Shown: positions 40,498-49,941 of the stretch, piece by piece
Numbering within the stretch: position 1 is the first letter of the stretch
Layout of the letters: every line of letters begins with the position of its first letter
Origin: Aulosira sp. ZfuVER01
GTDB taxonomy: Bacteria > Cyanobacteriota > Cyanobacteriia > Cyanobacteriales > Nostocaceae
NCBI GenBank assembly: GCA_034530615.2
Contig: JAVRCV020000016.1
Span: forward strand, 23,085-87,084
DNA length: 64,000 nt
Reading direction: 5' to 3'
The notes under the pieces: generated by a model
The model's input: the letters and a program-made list of their open reading frames with translations, nothing else
The model's database searches: none
Told to the model about the DNA's origin: nothing
Position numbers and translations under genes: made by a program

Positions 40498-40781
40498 TTG
40501 ACACTCACCTGATAAAAATCAAGTGATTCTTGGTTCCACGAGGTTGCCTGCTTTAATAGGACGTATCCAACTAAAGTAGAGGCATCTTCTCCACGCCAGT
40601 TGCTTCAACGCGGGAAACCCGCGCAACGCACTGGCTCCCAAGCATAAATTCCGGCGTGCCCCGCCGTACTCGTACCAATGAGGTTTTGTGTTTGTTTGGT
40701 TTCGTAAGCTACTAAATCGTGAGATTAGTTTACGTAGTGTTTAGACTGAGAAACACTTTTTGCGTTGCTTACTTATTCTTG
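40498..40781 (-). mobile_element. Non-autonomous IS200/IS605 (tnpB)-derived mini-element
   Basis: Minus strand carries tnpB scraps (SKQRK, SHDLVAYE) and a tnpB-like 3' end STAGHAGIYAW/GEDASTLVG..QATSWNQES, ending GAGTGTCAA. Left boundary approximate. Confidence 0.7.
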
Positions 40782-40892
40782 ATTACATTACAATAACATA
40801 ATGAAGACTCTTTAAAACCTGCTTGCGCCTTTGAGCAGAACACTGAATTGACAGTGTTTTCAGGCAATTTTCATATAACCTATCTTTAAATT

Positions 40893-41024
40893 ATGGAACC
40901 AGCAATAGTTCTTACAATTTCTGTCGCCGTCGCTGTTATTGCCATCACTGGTTGGGGAATCTATATATCTTTTGGGCCTCCTAGTAAAGAATTAGCAGAC
41001 CCTTTTGACGACCATGAAGATTAA
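40893..41024 (+). CDS. psbN: Photosystem II assembly protein PsbN (not in ORF track)
   Basis: MEPAIVLTISVAVAVIAITGWGIYISFGPPSKELADPFDDHED; divergent from psbH as usual. Confidence 0.96.
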   Translation: MEPAIVLTISVAVAVIAITGWGIYISFGPPSKELADPFDDHED

Positions 41025-41185
41025 GCTAATAGGCCTCTTGCATCAATATATTTTTGTTTGGCTTAAATGCATAAAAAAACAATTTTTGCAAGCAATCTAG
41101 TATCGAGTCAAGATGAAAGACGCAAATCATTGCGTCTATAAAAGAATCAAAAACATTTCGACTCAAGACTCAAAACTCGGAAAAA

Positions 41186-44100
41186 TCAGGGTTCATTCCC
41201 TGGTTTAATCTTAAAACTAGCAATTTTCCAAGGCTGGATCGTACAGATTTGTTGGCTAGATGAGAATTCCGTAGTGGCAGAACGCTCCAATAAATCTACG
41301 GCATCTCCTAAAATTAACCCGATATCACTGTGCAAAGATAACTCGGCAGTGTATCCATGACATTCATAACAACGCAGAATGAATTGTGGAGAATCTTCTT
41401 CAGCTTGCTTGAATGCCATCAAGATTAAATTATCAGCTGATAAATTTAGGAAACTCATTGTTTCTGGAGTGCTAAGGACTGGGTACTGAGTTCTAGGCAG
41501 ATTTACAATTACTTGCAATGGGATGTTCAACTCATAGCCACGCTTGACTGTATCGGCTGACTCCCAGTTACCAGCGTGGGGGTATAAAGCATAGGTAAAT
41601 TCGTGAAAACCTCGGTCGGCTTCGGGATTCGGCCAATTAGGGCTGCGTAGTAGAGTCAGGCGGAGTTGATTTGGCTGGCTGTCGTAACCATATTTACAAT
41701 CATTCAGTAAACTCACTCCATAGACATATCCATCTGTTTCCCCTGTTAAATCAGCCCAACGTAAAGCGGGAACTTCCCACTTGGCTTTTTCTGCGGGGGT
41801 TTGGGGTTTAGTTGGGCGGCGAATTGCACCACAGGGAATTTCATAAGTAGCAAAGTCTGCTTCAATGTTGAGAGGAAAAGCAGCTTTTACCAATACTTGA
41901 CTTTCTTGCCAATTAACAGTGGTAGCAATCTTCAGTAAAGGTACACCAACTGTCAATATATAGTCTTGGCAAAATTCTGATTCGCCTAATTGACGCACCA
42001 CCCGCAAACGACTCTGCACTGCACCTTGTTCTAGCCACTGAATCGATTTGAGGGTAGTTGGTGGTAAGGGATGCTGGGCATAATTGGGGTCAATATTCCA
42101 AGCATCCCAATATTGTCCGCTATCTTGAAAAGCTTGCAGTTGATTACCTGCACCACTTAATACTTCGCGTTGATGAGTTTTATCAAAAACACTAGATAAA
42201 TCTCCTGTGTTGGGGTTAACGACAACTCGCAGGAATTCATTTTCGAGAACCCATTGAAGAGGACAAGGGGACAAGGGGACAAGGGGGCGCAAAGATGTAG
42301 GGACAAGCCAAAAGAGGCGATAGCCGACAGATGGAATATCGGTAGCGAAAAATAGCAAAGTTGATGGTTCAGTTATTTGAGATAGCAGCTGCTTTCCAGA
42401 AACATCGTAAACTTGCCATTCTTGGTTAGGAGTTTTGGGTAAAGTTACAGAAACTACCTCAGAACGTTGCCAATTTAGGGAATTGAAAACGACAACAGGC
42501 AAACTATTTGGTTGTGGTGGTTGTGGTAGGTTGATATGCGATGCGATCGCTAACAATGATTCTTGTAATATCTTCGTTCCTACTTGTTCAACTTGCTGCC
42601 ATTCCGGTAAAGCATCCACATAAACTTGAGTAATTGAAGAACCAGGCAAAATATCGTGAAACTGCTGAAATAATAGTTGCTTCCAAGCCGTTTCGATTTC
42701 CGCTTTTGGATATTCCACATCACAACTGATGCTTGCTAAAGTTGCAAATAATTCAGCTTGGTACAATAAACCTTCACAGCGCCGATTCCAACGTTTTTGA
42801 TCTCCGTGGGTAGTGTAGCAACCACGATGGAATTCTAAGTAAAGTTCATCTTCCCAGACGGGGAAGGAGGACGCGGAGACGGGGGGATGGGGGGACGCGG
42901 GGAAATTGGAATTCTCTGTGTCTTGTTTGCTGATTTGCTGTAAATATTTTTCAGTAGTTGTAAATTCTAAGTCTGGAAAGACAGGTGAATGTTGCCAGCG
43001 TTGGGCAGTTTCTAACATATCACGGGTAGGGCCGCCGCCATGATCGCCAACACCAGGAAGCCAAAGTGCATCTTTGATTCCAGTTTTAGTTTGCCATTCA
43101 TAGGTGTAAGCTGCCATCTTCACCGCATTGATACCTTCACCAATGGGTGCAGACATCAGACTAAATACTTCACTACCATCAGGCGATCGCCACCAGAAAG
43201 CCCCATAATCAAATTTAGTAGTATCATTCCATAGCAACTTTTGGGTGACAAAATACTCAATCCCAGAATTCACGAAAAACTGCGGTAAAGTTGCACAAAA
43301 ACCAAAGCTATCAGGTAGCCATGCTACAGGCGAAATCTTGCCAAATTTTTCCTGGGTATAGCGCTGACCATACAATAGCTGACGGACAATCGATTCACCA
43401 GCAATCAAATTTAATTCTGGTTCCACCCACAAACCACCGATAACTTCCCAACGTCCAGCAGCTACCGCCTTTTGAATTGCTTTAAATAAATCGGGGCGAT
43501 GTTCTTCAATCCAAGCATACTGCGCTGGCATTGAATGGCAGAAAATTAACTCTGGAAAATTTTGTTGCAACTTCAGTACCGACTCAAAAGTGCGTTGGGC
43601 TGCATTCCAAGTTTCACTCACAGGCCATAGCCATGCTAAATCTAAGTGAGCATGACCAACTAAGAAAATTTTAGATTTTGGATTTTCGATTTTAGATTGA
43701 ACTAGGTTATTGCGTACAGACAAGAGTATTGTTTTCCACTCTTTCTTTTGTTCCTCTGCGTTCTCTGCGCCTTGGCGGTTCGTTACCTCCCTCGCCATCT
43801 CCGCCAACATATCCAACTTCTCTGGCGCAAACCGTTCCAAATAAAGCTGCACCACAGCCAACTCATCAGCGACAAAACCCGCATCAGGACGATTATAATC
43901 AGGAGATTCGTAGACAAGGAGCGATCGCACTAAAGCACCATCATCATGTCCTGGACTCACCAGCCGCAAAGCCACAATAAATTCTTCTCCTGGTGTTACC
44001 GCCTGACTCAAAAGTACTCTGGGTGAGCAATCAAATAAATCGCCCTCCAGCACTAACTCCCCATTTACATAAATCTCAGCAGCATCCGCCCACCAAAGCA

Positions 44101-44392
44101 ACGCCAGCCGCAAAGATAACCCAGCTAAGGGATAACCCTGTAAATCCTGGGGAACCACTAACTTTTGAGCCAGCCATAAAACTTGCTTTCCTGCTGTCCA
44201 AGCAATATTTCCTTTAGCATTTAGCTCCACAGGTGTCCATTGAGACAAATCTGATGCAGCAACTTCAGTAATACTCCAGTCAGATTTTTGGTATAGCCAG
44301 GTAAACTGAAGATTGACTTGACAACAAGAGCGCAGTTGCTCAATTGCTTCTGATATTAAATTAGTATGAGATTGGCTTACAGGAAGGGTCAT
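41186..44392 (-). CDS. Alpha-mannosidase (GH38)
   Basis: GHAHLDLAWLW, WLPDSFG, GVGDHGGGP, ELYLEFHRG, QFHDILPG. ATG at 44392 preferred. Confidence 0.93.
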   Translation of the reverse strand: MTLPVSQSHTNLISEAIEQLRSCCQVNLQFTWLYQKSDWSITEVAASDLSQWTPVELNAKGNIAWTAGKQVLWLAQKLVVPQDLQGYPLAGLSLRLALLWWADAAEIYVNGELVLEGDLFDCSPRVLLSQAVTPGEEFIVALRLVSPGHDDGALVRSLLVYESPDYNRPDAGFVADELAVVQLYLERFAPEKLDMLAEMAREVTNRQGAENAEEQKKEWKTILLSVRNNLVQSKIENPKSKIFLVGHAHLDLAWLWPVSETWNAAQRTFESVLKLQQNFPELIFCHSMPAQYAWIEEHRPDLFKAIQKAVAAGRWEVIGGLWVEPELNLIAGESIVRQLLYGQRYTQEKFGKISPVAWLPDSFGFCATLPQFFVNSGIEYFVTQKLLWNDTTKFDYGAFWWRSPDGSEVFSLMSAPIGEGINAVKMAAYTYEWQTKTGIKDALWLPGVGDHGGGPTRDMLETAQRWQHSPVFPDLEFTTTEKYLQQISKQDTENSNFPASPHPPVSASSFPVWEDELYLEFHRGCYTTHGDQKRWNRRCEGLLYQAELFATLASISCDVEYPKAEIETAWKQLLFQQFHDILPGSSITQVYVDALPEWQQVEQVGTKILQESLLAIASHINLPQPPQPNSLPVVVFNSLNWQRSEVVSVTLPKTPNQEWQVYDVSGKQLLSQITEPSTLLFFATDIPSVGYRLFWLVPTSLRPLVPLSPCPLQWVLENEFLRVVVNPNTGDLSSVFDKTHQREVLSGAGNQLQAFQDSGQYWDAWNIDPNYAQHPLPPTTLKSIQWLEQGAVQSRLRVVRQLGESEFCQDYILTVGVPLLKIATTVNWQESQVLVKAAFPLNIEADFATYEIPCGAIRRPTKPQTPAEKAKWEVPALRWADLTGETDGYVYGVSLLNDCKYGYDSQPNQLRLTLLRSPNWPNPEADRGFHEFTYALYPHAGNWESADTVKRGYELNIPLQVIVNLPRTQYPVLSTPETMSFLNLSADNLILMAFKQAEEDSPQFILRCYECHGYTAELSLHSDIGLILGDAVDLLERSATTEFSSSQQICTIQPWKIASFKIKPGNEP

Positions 44393-44497
44393 ATTTTGGC
44401 TAAAATCAGGGCACTTACTATAATTAACAGTTTGTTGTTTTGACTGTGCAGTGGGAGTCTCGCAGATCAATCAAGCTCTAACTAACAAATCACTACC

Positions 44498-46126
44498 ATG
44501 CCTTCTGGTTCCTCTGGTCGTTATCAAAGCAGAATATTTAACTTCGTTCACCAGCAATCTCGGCGGTTGACAGAACAGCTGGAACATACCATCCGGTATG
44601 TACAAGTCGCTACTAAATGGGGTGTTGGAGTACTACTTTACCCTGTATACCAACTGTTGCAGTCAACCGAATCTGCAAATAAAACTCTGTATGGTAAAGA
44701 ACCTCAAACCAGACTACAGTTAGAAGCAGAAACTCCCTCAGATGTTGACGCTCCCATTGTCAACGTCTTAGAGACTGTCAAAAATTTATCATTTGCGGAA
44801 ACTGCTGCCACATCTTCAAACAGCGTATCGGCACCTGAAAGTCCCTTGGCGTTGTTAGAATCTTTGTGGTTGAAATTCGTTCCTCATAAACCAAGCAATA
44901 AATCTCGCCTTTCTCAATCATTAACTATTTCCGAAAATCCCGCAGGGAGTCTCAACCCATCACCGATATATCCAACGGTGCAGGGAATAGCGACAAATTT
45001 AGAGAAGCGCAATTTATTACTCATTTCTGCGGATAATGAAATTCTTGATATTTTAACGCCTCAAGAGCAAGCAAAATTAGAAGACTTAATTATTAATGAA
45101 GTTGCTAATTACTGGCGTACTTGGCGCTTATTGAAAGTAAAAAAAGAAACTAACTTATTGCCAGAAATTGAACGTCTACTGACAAAGCTCACAGGTGGTA
45201 AGCTAGAACAAACGCCTGCTCTAAATGCAAGTACGGTTACTGAAGAGGTAAGCGGGTCTAATTATTTACTCAATTCTCCAGGGGCTTTAACATTTCTTGA
45301 TGCGGCTGTGGCGAATTTAGAATCGAATGCGTTAGTGCCAATACAACAACGTAGTCGAGAGATTATCCAAGTTGCTCACACTCAGTTCAATATATTTCTT
45401 TATGGCAAAGAGCAGTTAGCAGCTAGAGGACAAATTCAAGTTAATACTGATGATTTAGAAACTCAGACTCTAAATATTCCAGCTTTATTTGCAGCAGCGC
45501 TGAATTACTTTTTTGGCATTGGTAGTGGCAAAAAACTGGATACTAGAGAGACTGCTACAAAATTACCAGGAAAAAGATTATCTCTGTCTAGTAGCCGCCA
45601 GTTGAAGAAAGAAGTTATAACCGCAGATCCTTGGTTGAAATGGGGTGATTTATTTGGTGATGCTGAGAATCTTGAAGAACCGCCAGTTACACTTTCACCA
45701 AATACAAATCCGGTCATAGATTCCAGTGCATCAGCAACACCTTCTGCGGCAAAAAATTTGATTAAGAAGTATCAAAAGTTTTTACAAATACCACAACTAA
45801 ATGTGGGGTTAGGCAAAAAGAAAAAATCACCGCCTAATCTCTCCCATACTCAGAAAAAATCTGGTAAAGCGACCTCCGCCAAATCAACGACTTCCCGGAT
45901 TTCTAAACCTAGCAATAATGGTCAAAAAGGAGAAATTTCTCAGCGTTACCCAAGCACTCAATTAGAAGCTAAACCAGATTGGATAGAGACAAAAGCAACA
46001 CTAGTTGGATATGAAAAGCATATTTTAGAACAAATCCTAGAATTGCTTGATAGTATTATGCTGTGGTTAGAAAGAATATTTGTAAACATGATGATGTTTT
46101 TACGGGGTCTGTTGGGAGTTAAGTAA
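44498..46126 (+). CDS. Conserved hypothetical protein
   Basis: 542-aa ORF; YQSRIFNF N-terminus and WIETKATLVGYEKH..LE C-terminus. Confidence 0.8.
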   Translation: MPSGSSGRYQSRIFNFVHQQSRRLTEQLEHTIRYVQVATKWGVGVLLYPVYQLLQSTESANKTLYGKEPQTRLQLEAETPSDVDAPIVNVLETVKNLSFAETAATSSNSVSAPESPLALLESLWLKFVPHKPSNKSRLSQSLTISENPAGSLNPSPIYPTVQGIATNLEKRNLLLISADNEILDILTPQEQAKLEDLIINEVANYWRTWRLLKVKKETNLLPEIERLLTKLTGGKLEQTPALNASTVTEEVSGSNYLLNSPGALTFLDAAVANLESNALVPIQQRSREIIQVAHTQFNIFLYGKEQLAARGQIQVNTDDLETQTLNIPALFAAALNYFFGIGSGKKLDTRETATKLPGKRLSLSSSRQLKKEVITADPWLKWGDLFGDAENLEEPPVTLSPNTNPVIDSSASATPSAAKNLIKKYQKFLQIPQLNVGLGKKKKSPPNLSHTQKKSGKATSAKSTTSRISKPSNNGQKGEISQRYPSTQLEAKPDWIETKATLVGYEKHILEQILELLDSIMLWLERIFVNMMMFLRGLLGVK

Positions 46127-46483
46127 GCTAGTACCGCAAAGCGGAAGTCAAAAGTCAAACGTCAAAAGTCAAAATTTTCATACATCAAGGCTTGTGACTG
46201 TTTGAAACAGTAGCTTTATTGACGCCGTGCTGTACTACTAAGACTACTGATGAAGCCAAAAGTTAAAATAGTCTTATTTCAAGGTTTCTTCACTGTGTTA
46301 AGTGATATATTTATTTCCGCCGTGCAGCATTAGAATACTGTTACCAAATTTCTATTGAGAGAATGTATTCAGTTTTTCTTTTGAAATTTTTAATTGTCGA
46401 GTACTATTTGGTGGGTTTATTTAGTGAAAGTTCTTGTTTACTGTAAGTACTTTAATTTCAAAAATCCACTAGAAAAACCAAAA

Positions 46484-46720
46484 ATGGAAACGTTTGTTGT
46501 GGATTTACCTCAAATCCCAAAGATTGGGGAAATAATTGTAGTTGAAAGAATGTCGCCTACGAAACAGTGTGTAATTATTTTTGAATACATTGTGACAGCA
46601 GTGCAGTTTAATGCAGCTAGTGAATCGGCTGATGCACCAAATGCTAGACTTAACGTATGTTTAAACCACTGTTGGGAAGGAACATCTAATTTCAAGGTGA
46701 CAAACTTTTTAGAAAAATAA
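46484..46720 (+). CDS. Hypothetical protein
   Basis: METFVVDLPQIPKIGE...; ATG at 46484. Confidence 0.45.
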   Translation: METFVVDLPQIPKIGEIIVVERMSPTKQCVIIFEYIVTAVQFNAASESADAPNARLNVCLNHCWEGTSNFKVTNFLEK

Positions 46721-46724
46721 TTCT

Positions 46725-47690
46725 TCACCAAAATAAGTGGTTAAGGAAATTACGTAATAGCTTTGTTCCTGTTGGTTCTTGATAGTCTGTAGGTAACAAA
46801 GCTAACATTGCATCTTGTACAGCTAACACAACTGCATCGACTTCCTGACGCTTGGGTGTGGTGCTAGGAGAAAAGTATAACGGTTGACCAAATCGAATAG
46901 TTAACTCTTTTCTCAGAAATAGGTCATGAGTGCCAATCAGTGCTACTGGTACTATGGGTAAGCCAGATTTTAAGGCGTAGATGACAGTCCCTCGCTTCAA
47001 GGGAACGTGCAATTTACCCTCAACTTCTCCCAGCCGTCCCTCCGGGAATAGAACTATGCCATCACCACGAGCCAAAATTGTCAGCACAATGCGATCGATT
47101 TGTCGTAGTGTTTGAATGTCGCCTCCTGTGGGTACGTTTTGTTCAATCGCCGTTGCCAACTCTAGCAAATCCTGTCGTCCGGCTTTCGCCTCTGCAATCA
47201 CAGATAATTCTTCTTTCCACATCCTTGCTAAAGGAATTACACCCCCAGCAAAACCAAGAATCAGGCGTTTCCACCATTTGTTGTAGAGGGTACGAGCATC
47301 ACCCAGGATGTAATAGTAGGGTTGGGCGGGGATTTCGCTGAGTAAGAGAAAAGGATCGATGTGGTGGAGATGGTTAACAGCTAAGATTGCAGGTTTTTGG
47401 GGCAGTCTTTCTAAGTATTCTACCCGGATGCGGAAAAAAGCATGAATGAGCGATCGCAATACGCAGCGACGCACTCCAGCACTAACTCTCGGTTCTGCAT
47501 CCTCAACAGTCATTGCTGTCAATTCCTGGAGGGTTTCTACAATCCTGTGACGGACAGCCGGATCAATAGCCGCAGCCAAACCTTCTTGCACTCGCTCGAT
47601 TGCTTCCGCAGTTAAAGGTGGTAAAGTATATGACTGTGTTCGACTTTCTGGTGTCTGAGAATTTGCCCCATCAGCACAGTTTTGAGACAC
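46725..47690 (-). CDS. Lysophospholipid acyltransferase (PlsC-like)
   Basis: NHLHHID (HxxxxD), LFPEG, PIVPVAL. Confidence 0.88.
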   Translation of the reverse strand: MSQNCADGANSQTPESRTQSYTLPPLTAEAIERVQEGLAAAIDPAVRHRIVETLQELTAMTVEDAEPRVSAGVRRCVLRSLIHAFFRIRVEYLERLPQKPAILAVNHLHHIDPFLLLSEIPAQPYYYILGDARTLYNKWWKRLILGFAGGVIPLARMWKEELSVIAEAKAGRQDLLELATAIEQNVPTGGDIQTLRQIDRIVLTILARGDGIVLFPEGRLGEVEGKLHVPLKRGTVIYALKSGLPIVPVALIGTHDLFLRKELTIRFGQPLYFSPSTTPKRQEVDAVVLAVQDAMLALLPTDYQEPTGTKLLRNFLNHLFW

Positions 47691-47797
47691 AAAGTCACTA
47701 GAATTATTGTTAATAATAACCTCTTGGAATTCGTAAATAAATCTTAGTTCTTGAAACTATATTATTAACCAATCTATAGTGAGAAACTTCAGAAAAA

Positions 47798-48691
47798 ATG
47801 CCAAAAATTAACACTATGATTTACCACAATGAAGGTAGTTTCAAAGGTGTAGGAGAGCTTGACCTGTATTACCAAAGCTGGCAGCCAGAAGGTAAATTAC
47901 GGGCGATATTAGTCATTGTGCATGGATTGGGGGCGCATAGCGGACGATATGAAAATATAATTCAGCACCTCTTGCCTAAACAATATGCTATCTACGCTTT
48001 GGATCAGCGTGGTAATGGACGCTCACCAGGACAGAGAGGTCATATCAATAGTTGGGCGGAGTTTCGTGGAGACTTGAAAGCCTTTATACAGTTGATTAAA
48101 AGCCAGCATCCAGACTGCCCAATTTTTGTGATGGGTCACAGCTTAGGTGCAGTAGTAGTCTTAGACTACATTTTGCACTATCCCCCAGAAGCATCGACAT
48201 TGCAGGGTGCGATCGCTCTTGCACCCGCTATAGGAAAAGTTGGTGTATCAAAAGTCCGCCTACTTATAGGTAGATTACTTTCTCGCATCTGGCCGCAGTT
48301 CACCTTAAATACTGGTATTGACCTCTCTGCTGGTTCGCGGGATGACCAGGTTTTAGCCGCTTATGCCCAAGATCCCCTACGCCATACCCTAGGTACTGCG
48401 CGTCTGGCTACCGAGTACTTTGCTACAGTAGATAGGATTTATACCCATGCTGCTAATTGGCAATTGCCGCTATTAATTCTCCACGGTGGAGCCGATCGAG
48501 TAGCTTTACCAGAAGGCGGTGAAATATTTTACCAGTTAGTTACCTGCAAAGATAAGCTGCGAGTGGTGTATCCCGAAGCCTATCATGAACTGCAAAGTGA
48601 CCTTAATTATCAAGAGGTAATGGCTGACCTCGAAAACTGGTTAGAGCAGCATTTACCAGATGAAGCGATCAAAGTCACACTTACAAAGTAA
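47798..48691 (+). CDS. Alpha/beta hydrolase (lysophospholipase/monoglyceride lipase-like)
   Basis: VHGLG, GHSLG nucleophile elbow, HGGAD, AYHEL. Confidence 0.9.
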   Translation: MPKINTMIYHNEGSFKGVGELDLYYQSWQPEGKLRAILVIVHGLGAHSGRYENIIQHLLPKQYAIYALDQRGNGRSPGQRGHINSWAEFRGDLKAFIQLIKSQHPDCPIFVMGHSLGAVVVLDYILHYPPEASTLQGAIALAPAIGKVGVSKVRLLIGRLLSRIWPQFTLNTGIDLSAGSRDDQVLAAYAQDPLRHTLGTARLATEYFATVDRIYTHAANWQLPLLILHGGADRVALPEGGEIFYQLVTCKDKLRVVYPEAYHELQSDLNYQEVMADLENWLEQHLPDEAIKVTLTK

Positions 48692-48828
48692 ATTAATTCT
48701 GTAGATCTACCTTAAGGTGAAAGAAAATTGATGAGTAATTTCTTAGCTTAATCTGTAGAGATTACTCAAGCGCAGAAACAAAATTTGCATGGTAACTGAC
48801 GTTTCTGCTCATCCCAACCAGGATAGAA

Positions 48829-49830
48829 ATGGCTAAAAACCAACAGCAGGCGATTGTACACGATCTGATCGTTGTCGGAGCATCGGCAGGCGGAGTCGAG
48901 GCATTAACTTATTTAGTTAAGCAGTTACCGACTGAGCTGAATGCTGCTGTTATGGTAGTACTTCACGTACATAGCCAAAGTCCGCCTGTTCTGGCGCAGA
49001 TCTTGAATAATGCCGGAACATTGCCAGCTTCTACAGCCCAAGATGGTGAAGCAATCGAGAAAGGAAGAATCTACGTTGCCCCTCCTGACTCTCACTTGCG
49101 GCTGAAACCTGGATATTTGCAGTTAACTAAGGGGCCAAGAGAGAACCATCATCGTCCAGCCATCGATCCATTGTTTCGCAGTGCAGCACGAGCCTACGGA
49201 AGACGAGCGATTGGTGTACTTTTAACAGGGATGCTAGACGATGGCACAGCCGGACTGATGGCTGTGAAAATGCGCGGCGGTGTGGCAGTTGTTCAAGATC
49301 CAGATGATGCAATGTATTCAGGAATGCCACGCAGCGCCCTGGAAAATGTAGAAAATATTGACTACATTTTGCCACTGTCGGAAATTCCATCTATCTTGGT
49401 AAATCTGGTTAATAAAACGGCAGAAAAGCCCCAACAAAGTAACCTTGAATCTGATTTAGCACAATCGAATATGGAAGCGGAAGACTCCGGTGCTTTACCA
49501 GGTAAACCATCAACTTATACTTGTCCTGATTGTGGTGGTTCCCTTTGGGAAATTGAAGAAGGGAAAATGTTGCGCTTTAAATGCCATGTAGGTCATGCTT
49601 TCGGTGCAGAAACTCTACTGGCATTGCAGTCTGAGGTGTTTGAAGAGGCGTTGTGGAGTGCTGTGAGGGCACTGCAAGAGAAAGCTATGCTGTCAGAGCG
49701 TATGGCTTCCAGAATGCGCGATCGCAACCTGGGATTGGCAGCAGAACGCATGGAACAAGAGGCGGAAGCTGCCAAACAGCGTTCTACCATCATTCGGGAA
49801 GTCTTAGAAAAAGGCAATAAAGTTATTTAA
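48829..49830 (+). CDS. Stand-alone CheB-type methylesterase with C-terminal Cys/His ribbon
   Basis: GASAGG, VLH, RPAIDPLF, LTGMLDDG; no receiver domain; CPDCGG..CHVGH. Confidence 0.88.
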   Translation: MAKNQQQAIVHDLIVVGASAGGVEALTYLVKQLPTELNAAVMVVLHVHSQSPPVLAQILNNAGTLPASTAQDGEAIEKGRIYVAPPDSHLRLKPGYLQLTKGPRENHHRPAIDPLFRSAARAYGRRAIGVLLTGMLDDGTAGLMAVKMRGGVAVVQDPDDAMYSGMPRSALENVENIDYILPLSEIPSILVNLVNKTAEKPQQSNLESDLAQSNMEAEDSGALPGKPSTYTCPDCGGSLWEIEEGKMLRFKCHVGHAFGAETLLALQSEVFEEALWSAVRALQEKAMLSERMASRMRDRNLGLAAERMEQEAEAAKQRSTIIREVLEKGNKVI

Positions 49831-49941
49831 TTTGTGTCATCATGCTGATGGTAGATTCAGGGTATACCAATAGTCTGATTTCAGAAATTTCGCAATGTGA
49901 TTTAATGAGGTCAGCCATATAGGTATACGGGCAGTACCTGA

